From: Paraspadella gotoi | Lineage: Eukaryota > Animalia > Chaetognatha | NCBI GenBank assembly: GCA_051294375.1 | Contig: JBJCIZ010000239.1 | Location: forward strand, 5,062,711-5,126,710 | DNA: 64,000 bases | Direction of reading: 5' to 3' | Shown here: in pieces, positions 52,842-64,000 of the stretch | How positions within the stretch are numbered: position 1 is the stretch's first letter | How the letters are laid out: the number at the start of each line of letters is the position of its first letter | The notes under the pieces: model-generated | Seen by the model: the letters and a program-made list of their open reading frames with translations, nothing else | Told to the model about the DNA's origin: nothing | Database searches by the model: none | Position numbers and translations under genes: made by a program

Positions 52842-52956
52842 CTCGCGCGCGCCCCCCGACGGCCAAATGACGCGGGACGACAACGTCGCCGACGACGCAG
52901 CGTCTCGCAGTTTAAAGCCGGACGCGAAGCTGCCCGCCTGTGCGCGCAATTTGGCG
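52842..52956 (-). CDS. candidate internal exon (AKLRAQAGSFASGFKLRDAASSATLSSRVIWPSGGARE)
   Basis: GC-rich island with caatttag acceptor and GAG|gtga donor. A noisy duplicate lies at ~47147-47256. Confidence 0.35.
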
Positions 52957-53085
52957 CTAAATTGAGAAGAGGAACGAGAAGGAATTTGAAAGATTGGAAA
53001 GATAAGGGATGGAATGAGGAGCAGATGAGAGAGAGAAGAGAGAGAGAGAGAGAGAAGAGAGAGATTAGAGAGAGAGAGAGAAGAG

Positions 53086-53119
<34 letters not shown>

Positions 53120-53459
53120 GTGATAATAATAGAAAGAATGAAAGGAAATAATGAATTGACAATAAAGAAAGCAAAAAAAGGGAGACAAGTCGTGTAAATA
53201 AGGAAAAAAAAACCGGAATCGTCACTTAGAATGAGACACAAAAATAGCAACAACAATTGCCTTACGACGACGACAACAACAAAAACGACGACGACGACAA
53301 CCGGCCGTTGTGACTTATTGTGTTTTTGACTTAGTTTTTTCCCATTTCGCCTCGCATGCCCCGCACTCTCCTCTTATCCCTGATTGAATGGGTGGCCGGG
53401 GAAAGATTGGTGAGGCAAAGGTTCCTTTCCTTTAACCTTACCCCCTGTCTCGGCCGTTG

Positions 53460-53534
<75 letters not shown>

Positions 53535-53624
53535 ATCTTCCACTTTGGTGATTTGGACAAACAAGTTCCCAATGACTTATCGGCGCACGCCCTCCGGACC
53601 GACCCCATAGAGACAGGAGACAGA

Positions 53625-53689
<65 letters not shown>

Positions 53690-54443
53690 ATCGAAAATAT
53701 TTTAGGAATAGCTGGCTATCTTAAAAGTCTTACTCGTATTCGTACCTCACTCATAATCAGAGATTTAAAGTTTAAGATTTAAAGACTAGTAATTTTGTGA
53801 AGTATATCCTGAATTCTCCCAACGTATGGCAAAAAGTAACACAGCTCGTCCTGTCGTATTGAACTGTTAAATACTCGCTTTCCTGCTGTGAGATTCGAGT
53901 TCGATTCCCACACGGTCCCGCTGGTAAACTTTGTTGATTCTTGTTCTATCACGTCATTGACAGGTCGTGGTCCATTCAGGTTCGATACCGCTACCCCGTT
54001 TGCCCTTTCATTATTACATTATGCACAATTAAACCTATATAGGCATCGACGACGCCTGACAAAGAGTCCAAACTTAAAACATTTTATGAAACAATTTATC
54101 GGCGACGACTTCACTTACTTTTTTTAAGGTCGTCGGTTTACTATTCCAACTCGAAAACAATTCCAAGCTCAATTTAAAAAAAAAAAATACCGTTCCTTTC
54201 CTTTCGTTTAATGAAACATTTTAAAAAAATATATTTTGTCATAAAATATATTTGCTTTATTGGCATTTGTGAATTTTAGGATTGTTTCTATGGGAATATT
54301 AAATAAAGTTTTTTTTTGGTAAAGTACTGCAACATGCAAATGAGTTTTTGGTGAGTTGGATAAGACATGAGGAATAGGAGGAAAGAGAGAGACAGGAAGA
54401 GAGAGAAAGTGAGAGACAGAGTAAGAGAGGAGGATGGTGAAAT

Positions 54444-54530
<87 letters not shown>

Positions 54531-54539
54531 GAGAGATTT

Positions 54540-54978
54540 TAATTATGTTTAGGTCACAAGGGGATTCTTCTCAAGTCGAGAAAAGGCGGATCTTGAGTTT
54601 ACTTGTTGCTATTTATTTATTTATTTTAATATCACTAAAAAAGTAAATTACTTATGTTTGGATTTTTCATCTTTTCTCTATTATTATTTTATTTAGCGAA
54701 AAAGATTTGAATTTTGTTGAACAACGAATTTATTTCAAATTAATGAACGCTTGAGGATTACACGCCGAAACTTGTCCGCTCAATCAATAAACAACGAAAC
54801 GAAAGGGTGATTACACAATATTATTTTATTAAAATACATGAAGTAACTTTTAAAAATCTCAGTTTTCTCGCCTTTTTCTTTTTTTTATTGATTCATCAAT
54901 TCTTAGTTTTTCGTTTCATAATCATATTCGTGACTTTATCATCACGTTTGCTTTTTTGTCAGATTTGTTAAAGTGGAT

Positions 54979-55015
<37 letters not shown>

Positions 55016-55097
55016 GAGAAGAGATCACCACTTGGTTTCAGGAAGATCGCCTTTTCTCGACTTGAGAAGAATCCCCTTTGTGACCTAAACATAATTA
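54540..55097. mobile_element. MITE/foldback with ~55-bp TIRs extended by (AG)n/(CT)n
   Basis: TAATTATGTTTAGGTCACAAGGGGATTCTTCTCAAGTCGAGAAAAGGCGGATCTT versus AAGATCGCCTTTTCTCGACTTGAGAAGAATCCCCTTTGTGACCTAAACATAATTA. Duplicated at ~59340-59970. Confidence 0.75.
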
Positions 55098-55114
55098 AAT
55101 TCTTCTCTCTCTCA

Positions 55115-55169
<55 letters not shown>

Positions 55170-57067
55170 CTTGAATTCATCTGTTGGACAGGTGTCATCA
55201 TTCAAGTATGAGCTTAAACGTTTTTAATTTACATCGATAGAAAGAAATGAATGATTATTTTATAAATTAATACTTACTTTGACATTGCGTAAATTTTTTT
55301 TTACTTCAATTTCAATTATTTTTTATTCTTTATATATTAATCAATTCACTATTCATTCACTTCTCATTAAACGGGACCTTAAATTAGTAGATTCAATTTC
55401 AATTGACAAAACGACTCTCTCTCTCTCTCTCTCTCTCCTACCAATTAAATGTCTTTTATAAGAATATATTACTTAATCAATCCTGAAAATAAAGATGATG
55501 ACGATGATGATGAAAATAATGACGATAACGTTTACAACGACGTCTAATACGAACATATATAGGAGGAAGAGGAAGAGGAAAAATCTAATGAATTCCGTTT
55601 TAATTAATGAAGAGGATAATTGCGGAAGACACAATTCGAGCGACGATAACGACGACGACGACGACGACGACGATGATGATTATGATGCCCAAACTTTGTA
55701 TGGAGTGAAGACCAGAATATTAACGAAGACGACGACAAAGACAATGAAAATGGCAATGACGTCGAGATTGCAGAGAGGAAGTAAAGGACATCAACGACAA
55801 AGACTACAAGTACAAGGTCAAGATTACAACGACAACAACAACGAAGACAACTAGAAGACAAAGAGGACATCGATGACAAAGACAAGGACAATGGCAACGA
55901 CGACAACGACGACAACGACGACGACGCCCCGGGCCAAAAAAAAAAAAGGAATTATAACCAGACACAACAAAAGATTCTTTGTTGGCTGTTTGTCTTCAAC
56001 GACTATAATCAAAACAATCTATTGAGCCGAATTATCCGCGACTCGGTAACAATCAGGATATTAGCGAAGGAGTTACGGAAAGAGGCTCGACTCCATGAAT
56101 CGCATTAACGAAAAGGAGTCCTACTTTTAAAGTGGCTTTCGAAGGAATTTTTTGGGTCAGAAAAGGATTTCTGGTATCAATTCAACCGAATAAACTGAAA
56201 CCTTTAAGAAAAAGAAGGGTGTGTGTCCTTTTTTTTTGTCAATAATTTAGCTAAGTTTGATCAGTGGAGCGTAGTTAAAAGTTTAGGGTATAGTAAAATT
56301 CTAAAAAAAAGTAAATAATAATTAATATAATACTAAATTCGACTAATTAATTTATTAAAAAAATATATATTTTAAAGAAATTTTTGTGATAAAGGTAAAG
56401 GAGTAGATGGAGGAGGAGGAAGAGGAGGAGGAAGAGGAGGAGGCGAAGAGTGAAAAAAGTTACTTTTCATTCATAAAAAAAAACTTTTTTTAAAATTAAA
56501 CTCGGAAGGGGACGAAGTTTACTAGTGGCGCCAGAGAGAGAGAGNNNNNNNNNNAGAGAGAGAGAGATAGTTGAAAAAAATTCTTTTTTTTTTCTCCTTT
56601 TTATTCTTCACACAAGTAGTAATTTTATCTTTCTATTATTTCCTTTTTTATTCGATATTCTTTAGGCTATACTTTTTAGAATTCTTCAAAGATGAAAATT
56701 CTGAAAATTTTAAAAAGTTTTGAAAAAAAAATTTTTATAACTTTTAAGACTTCAGAATTTGAGAATTAGGATCTAAATATTTAAAAAAAATTTCAAAGTT
56801 TTCAAAATTCTGAAACTTAAGCTGAAATAGAGCGCTTTTGGAAAATATGGTTCGGCCTTTCATCAACCCGTTATTCTCCTCCTCCTCCTCCTCCTCCCCC
56901 TCTTCCACTTTCTCTGGTCAAGTGTTGAGGTGGGAAAAAAGATTATGACTTTGATGATGGCGACTGCCTCTTTCAAAAACGAACATTAAGAAGACGAACG
57001 ACGAACGACGAACTACGATGATAACTCTTCTTCTCAGCTCGCGATGATTAAAAAGATGTCAGGTTTA

Positions 57068-57118
<51 letters not shown>

Positions 57119-57284
57119 TCGCCTTTTTCGACTCATCGGAAACTCGAGGGCCCCATGAGTCCTTCGACGGACTTTCCCCTCCCACGCATCCACAGACCGA
57201 TCCACACCCAACCCACCAAACTGTAAACCACGACCACATTACTTATTCACACACCTATCGGCTCTCTTTTCCCAGAGAGCCCCG

Positions 57285-57970
57285 TTTTTAGTCGGATCTG
57301 CTTATCAGCAGATCCCGACTCTATAATTCACTTTGTCGGTTCGTCGGTCCGCCCCCTCAATATTGTCGGGCACTCACTTATATCATGTTAGAACATCGAA
57401 TTATGATAAATTATGCAACAAAAATGATGTCCGGCTGTCCGTCCGTCCGTCCGTCCCACCTTAGCAAAACACTCCAATTACTCGTGATTGGATGGATGGA
57501 TTGGTATGAAATTTTGTGTGTGGGTAGGAAACTGTGTGATTGAGATGGATATGAAGTTTCGAGGGAATCGTGAGAGTGGAAATTGGTTTAAATAGAAAAA
57601 AAAATTTAAATATTTGAACGCCAATTGCTCATGAGTGGAGAGGGCAATTGATGAATTTTGGTATGTGGTAGAGAAAGTGTGTGTTGGCTGGATATAAAGT
57701 TTCGATGGATCGTGTGAGTGGAAATGAGTTAAAATGGAAAAAATAAAAGTCATTTAACTTGAAGTATTTTTTACTAAATTTACTCATAATTATTATGTTT
57801 ATTAAAAATGGATAGATAAATCGAAATTGAATTTCGAGTGTGGGTAGGAAGTATGTGATAAAGTGGATATAAATTTTTTGATGGAATTGTAGGAGTAAAA
57901 AGAGTTCAATTAAAACCAAAAACACATTTATTTTGAATTTTTTAAAGTTTTTTCTCTCTCTATCTCTCTC

Positions 57971-58001
<31 letters not shown>

Positions 58002-58374
58002 CCAAATATGCCAATTGACAAAAATATGCCAGTTGACCAAATTCTTAAAGTTGACCAAATTTGCCGGTTGACCAAATTCTGCAAGTTGATCAAGTTCTGC
58101 AAGTTGACCAAATTATGCTGTTGACCAAATTATGCCAGTTTGACGAAATTATACCAGTTGACCAAATTATGCGGTTAACACAAATTATCTTAATTGATCA
58201 AATTATGTCAGTTGACCAAATTATGTCAGTAGACCAAATTATGTCAGTTACCAAATTAGGTCAGTTGACCAAATTTTGCAAGTTGATTAAATTATGCAAG
58301 TTGACCAAGTTAGCTTATTAACACTTAATTATCGTAGCCACGATCCGACATTGTTTGCTCAAACTTGTTTTTTT
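57285..58374 (-). mobile_element. long HINE/Helentron-like element carrying internal tandem repeats
   Basis: TTTTT-AGTCGGATCTGC-TTATCA-GCAGATCCCGACT hairpin end, (GTCC)n, three internal repeats, an 18-bp minisatellite, and subterminal GATCCGAC..CAAACTTGTTTTT. Duplicate at 62318-63480. Confidence 0.65.
57998..58310. repeat. 18-bp minisatellite (GTTGACCAAATTATGTCA)n
   Basis: Tandem units inside the HINE-like element. Confidence 0.92.
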
Positions 58375-59129
58375 CTCGACAAAAAGTAAAACTTTTAACT
58401 TTTACTCAATTAAGAAAACGTTAAAGATTAATCGCTAGGTGAGTCGTTTTATACAATTNNNNNNNNNNNNNNNNNNNNNNNNNNNNNNNNNNNNNNNNNN
58501 NNNNNNNNNNNNNNNNNNNNNNNNNNNNNNNNNNNNNNNNNNNNNNNNNNNNNNNNNNNNNNNNNNNNNNNNNNNNNNNNNNNNNNNNNNNNNNNNNNNN
58601 NNNNNNNNNNNNNNNNNNNNNNNNNNNNNNNNNNNNNNNNNNNNNNNNNNNNNNNNNNNNNNNNNNNNNNNNNNNNTGTGAGAGAGTCTTGATTGAAAGC
58701 TTGCAGACACAGAGACCTGCTATGTCATTAGCTTGTAAGAGTGATGGAGGACATAGTCAGTTCAAAGTCAGGAGGCAACATACAGGGTGGGACCCTATAT
58801 CAAGACAAAACTTAACGTCCTGCCCTGTCTGAACGATTTGAGATACGATAATAAAATGGGTGGCAACAGTTTTTTCTGGCTTTTTACTTTTATATACAAT
58901 AAAAGCAAAATACATTTTGAAACAATTACAAGGGGTCGTTGATGTTTTCAAAACATTTAGTCGTTTTTATGCGCGCGCATTGTATTGCATATTTGTCAAT
59001 ATTTTTAGTGGTCGTTTCTGAACATGACTGTTATGTTTTATCTTAAAATTACCATATTTTAAGTTTTTCATCACTATCCAAATTAAACCTATTTAATTAT
59101 TTTTNNNNNNNNNNNNNNNNNNNNNNNNN

Positions 59130-59229
59130 CGTGAGGTTGGAATAAGACATGAGGAATAGGCAGCGAAAGAGAGAGACAGAAGAGAGCAGAAATGAGAGAC
59201 AGGATGTAAGAGAGGATGGATGGTGAAAT

Positions 59230-59262
<33 letters not shown>

Positions 59263-59974
59263 TAGATAGACTTAGAGAGAGAGAGAGAGACGATGCAGAG
59301 ACGAGAGAGTAGAGAGCAGAGAGAGTGAGAGCGATTTTAATTATGCTTTAGGGCTCAACAAGGGGATTCTTCCTCCAAGTCGAGAAAGACGCGGATCTTG
59401 AGCTTTACTTGTTCTGCCTATTTATTTATTTATTTTAATATCCACTAAAAAAGTAAATTACTTATGTTTGGATTTTTCATTCTTTTCTCTATTATGTATT
59501 TTACTTTAGCGAAAACAGATTTTGCAATTTTGTTGAACAACGAATTCTATTCAAATTATGAACGCTGAGGATTTAACGCCGAAGAACTTGTCCGCTCAAT
59601 CAAGTAAAACACAAAAGCGAAAAGTTGTGATTACCACAATCATTAATTTATTAAAATACCATGAAGTAACTTTTAAAAATCTCAGTTTTCTCGCCCTTTT
59701 TCTTTTTTTTATTGTTATCAATTCTTAGTTTTCGTTTCACTAATCATATCGTGACTTTATCATCACGTTTGCTTTTTTGTCAGAATTTGTTAAAGTGGAT
59801 TAGAGAGAGAGAGAGAGAGACGAGAGAGAGAGAGAGCAGAGATCGGAGATGAGAGGCAGAGAGAGAGGCTTGAGAGAGAGAGAGGAGAGATCACCCACTT
59901 CGTTTCAGGAAGATCGCGCCTTTTCTCCGACTTGGAGAGAATCCCCTTTGATGCTGACCTAAACATAATTTTAA

Positions 59975-60025
<51 letters not shown>

Positions 60026-62101
60026 GCTCTCTCTCTCTCTCCTTTTTTCTGAATTCATTCTGTTGCGACAGCTGTCATCATTAAGTATGAGCTTAAACGT
60101 TTAATTTACATCGGATAGAAAGAACATGAATTGATTATTTTATAAATTTAATACTTACTTGACATTGCGTAAATTTTTTTTACTTCAATTTCAATTATTT
60201 TTTATTACTTTATTATATTAAATCAATTCACTATTCATTCAGCTTACTCATTAAACGCGGACCTTAAATTAGAGATTCAATTTCTCAATGACAAAACGAT
60301 CTCTCTCTCTCTCTCTCTCCTACCAATTAAATGGTCTTTTTATAGAACTATATTACTTAATCAATCCTGACCAAATTCAAAAGATCGATGATCGATTGAT
60401 GATTGAAAATAATGACTGAAACGTTTACAACGACCGTCTAATACGAACATATATAGGCCAGGAAGAGAAGAGGAAAAAATCTAATGAATTCCGTTTTTAA
60501 TTAATGAAGAGGATAATTGCGGAAGACACAATTTCCGAGCGACGATAACGACGACGAGACGATCGACGATGATGATTATTGATGCTCCACATTTGTTTAT
60601 GGACGTGTGAAGACAGGAATATTAACTGAAGACGACGACAAAGACAATGAAAATCGGCAATGACGTCGAGATTGCAGATTAGGAAGCTTAAAGGACATCA
60701 ACGGGACAAAGACTACAATGTACAAGCCGTCAAGCATTACAACGACACAACAACGGAAGAACAACTAGAAAGACAAAGCAGGACATCGCTGACAAAACAA
60801 AGGACAATGGCAACGACTGACAACGACGACAACGACGACGACGCCGCCGGGCCAAAAAAAAAAAAGGAATTATAACAGACACAAACAAAAGCATTCCTTT
60901 GATTGGCTGTTTGTCTTCACGACTATAATCAAAACCAATCCCTATTGAGCCGGTAATTAATCGTGGACTCTACGGTAACACATCAGGCATATTAGCGAAG
61001 GAGCTTACGGAAGGAGGCTCACTCCCATGAATCGCATTAACGAAAAGGAGTTCCTTTACTTTTAAAGTGGCTTTCGAAGGGAATTTTTTTGGGTTCAGAA
61101 AAAGGATTTCTGGTATCAATTTCAACCGAATAAAACTGACAACCTTTAAGAAAAAAAAGGAAGTAGCGTGATGTCCTTTTTTGTCAATTAATTTTAGCTA
61201 AGTTCTGATCAGTGCAGAAGCGTAGTTAAAAGTCGTACGGATATAGTAAATTCTAAAAAAAAGTAAATAATAATTTAATATCAATACTAAATTCGACTAA
61301 TTATTTATTTAAAAAAACATATATTTTAAAGAAAATTTTTTGCTGATAAAGGCTAAAGGAGTAGATGGAGGAGGATGGGAAAGAGGAGGAGGAAGAGGAG
61401 GAGGCAGCAGTGAAAAAAAGTTACTTTTCATTCATAAAAAAAACTTTTTAAAAATTAAACTCGGAAGGCGACGAAGTTTACTAGTGGGCGCCACGAGAGA
61501 GGAGAGACAGAGGAAGAGAGCATGAGTAGAGACTCGGAGAGAGAGAGAGATAGTTGAAAAAAATTTCTTTTTTTTTTCTCCTTTTTATTTCTTCACACAA
61601 GTAGTTACATTTTATCTTTCTATGTATTTTCCTTTTATTTCGATATTTCTTTAGGCTATTACTTTTTAGAATTCTTCAAAGATGAAAATTTCTGACAAAT
61701 TTTTAAAAAGTTTTGAAAAACAAACTTTTTATAACTCTTTAAAGACTTCAGAAATTTCGAGAATTAGGATCTAAATATTTAAAAAAAAATTTTCAAAGTT
61801 TTCACAAATTTCTGAAACTTAAGCTTGAAATAGAGCGCCTTTTGGAAAATATGGTTCGGCCTTTCATCAACCCCGTTATTCTCCTCCTCCTCCTCCCCTC
61901 CTCCCCTCTTCCACTTTTCTCTGGTCAAGTGGTTGAGGTGGCGGACAAAAAGATTTATGACTTTTGATGATGGCGACTGCCTCTTTCAAAAACGAAACAT
62001 CTAAGAAGAGAACGACGAAACGACGAACTACGATGATAACTCTTCTTCTCACGGCTCGCGCATGATTTAAAAAAGATGTCAGGTTTAAACCCTGGGGAAA
62101 G

Positions 62102-62140
<39 letters not shown>

Positions 62141-64000
62141 TACGCCCTTTTTCGACTTCATCGGAAACTCGAGGCGCCACATGAGTCCTTCGACGGACTT
62201 TTCCCCTCCCACGGCATCCACAGACCGATCCACACCCAACCACCAAAACTGTAAACAGCGACCACATCTACTTATTCACACACCTATCGGCTCTCCTTTT
62301 TCCCAGGAGAGCCCCGTTTTTAGTCGGATCTGCCTTATCAGCAGATCCCGACTCTATTAATCACTTTTCGGTTCGTCGGCTCCGCCCCCTCAATATTGTC
62401 GGGCACTCACTATATACTCATGTTAGAACATCGAATTATGATAATTATGCCAACAAAAATTGATGTCCGGCTGTCCGCTCCGTCCGTTCCATCCCAACCT
62501 AGCAAAACACTCCAATTACTCGTGCATTGGATGGATGGGATTGGATATGAAATTTTGTGTGGTGGGTAGGAAACTGTGTGATTGAGATGGATATGCAAGT
62601 TTCGGGGCGGAATCGTGAAGTGGAAAATTGCGTTTTAAATAGAAAAAAAAAATTTAAATTATGAACGCCAATTGCTCATGAGTGGAAGAGGGCAATTGAC
62701 TTGAAATTTGTTATGATGTAGGAAAGTGTGTGATTGAGCTGGACTTATAAAGTTTCGATGCGAATCGTCGAGTGAAATGAGTTTAAAATGGAAAAAATAA
62801 AAAGTCATTTTTACTTGAAGTATTTTACTTAAATTTTACTCAAATTATATGTTTATTAAAAATTGGATAAAGATAAATCGAAATTGAATTCGAGTGTGGG
62901 TAGCGAAAGTATGTGCTAAAGCTGTGATATAAATTTTTTGATGGAATCTTAGGAGTAAAAAAGAGTTCAAATTTATAAAAACCAAAAAACACATTTATTT
63001 GAATTTTTTTAAGTTTTTTTTCTCTCTCTATCTCCTCTCTGATTGTGATTGATTGATTGATGATTGACCAAATTATAGCCAATTGGACAAAAATATGCCA
63101 CAGTTGACAAATCTTAAGTTATTAAATTTTTGCCGGTTGACCAGAAATTTCCAGTGAAAGTTTGATCAAGTTTCTGCAAGTTGACCCAAATTCATGGCCT
63201 TGCTTGACCAAATCTATGCCAGCTTTTGCAACGAAATTATACCAGTTGACCAAATATGCCGCGTTAACCAAAATTATCTTAACTGATCACAATATATGCT
63301 TCAGTGGACCAAATTATGTCAGTAGACCAAAGTCTATGTCAGTTTAACCAAATTATGTCAGTTTGACCAAATTATGCAAGTTGACTTAAATTATGCCAAG
63401 CTTGACACATTAGCCTCTATTACCCACTTAATTATCGTACGGCAGATCCGACATTCGTTTGTTCTCAAACTTGTTTTTTTCTCGACAAAAAGTAAAAACT
63501 TTTAAACTTTTACTCAATTAAGAAAACGTTAAAAGATTAATCGCTAGGTGAGTCGTTTTATACAATTTTGTACAATTCTTACAGATTATAGAATCGATAT
63601 ACCACTTCATTGATACAGAAGGCACTTACTCTGGGAGTGAATAAGCAAGACTGTGAGAGAGTCTTGATGAAAGCTTGCAGACACAGAGACTGCTATGTCA
63701 TTAGCTTGTAAGATGATGGAGGACACAGTCCAGTTCAAAGTCAGGAGGCAACATACAGGCGTGGGACCCTATATCAAGACAAAAACTTAACGTCCTGCCC
63801 TGTCTGAACGATTTGAGATACAGATAATAAAAAATGGGTGGCAACAGTTTTTTTCTGGCTTTTTACTTTTATATACAATAAACAAAATACATTTTGAAAC
63901 AATTACAAGGGCGTCGATTGATGTTTTCAAAACATTTAGTCGTTTTTATGCGCGCGCATTGTATTGCCATATTTGTCAATATTTTATGTGGTCGTTCTGA
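59130..64000. repeat. noisy duplicate of 54350-59020 (probable raw long-read gap fill)
   Basis: Collinear over about 4.7 kb, with mostly single-base insertions, starting right after an N gap. Confidence 0.9.

Noticed and set aside
58061-58321. VDQI.. hexapeptide-repeat ORF
   Set aside because: It is a translation of the 18-bp minisatellite inside a non-autonomous element.

Overview
AT-rich, intron-containing animal nuclear DNA from a draft assembly. It has many N gaps, (AG)n/(TAT)n/(GTC)n microsatellites and several noisy adjacent duplicates that look like raw long-read gap fills. The one recognisable gene is a 9-exon fukutin/LicD-family phosphotransferase gene on the minus strand (about 3073-9244). 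It has a GC-AG intron, and its DxD exon carries indels that are probably sequencing errors. Its introns hold a CCA-tailed tRNA-Lys(CTT) retrocopy, a 70-nt hairpin and a foldback MITE. Head-to-head with it is a spliced, low-complexity gene with repeated DSLPR motifs (11201 to at least 12555). The rest is mostly repeats: Helentron/HINE-like elements, a Penelope-like hammerhead insertion with a 12-bp target-site duplication, MITEs, minisatellites and isolated exon-like islands. The most unusual signal is a 330-440 nt structured repeat at 23996-24300, 25561-25897, 26135-26177 and, divergently, 48241-48680. Its stems covary between copies. It has a GUGUG start, a 34-nt AGC-triad D5-like stem, and a D6-like stem with an unpaired A 8 nt before a terminal AU. 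This resembles a miniature group II intron-like RNA in an animal nuclear genome, which is an inference from manual folding and needs testing.
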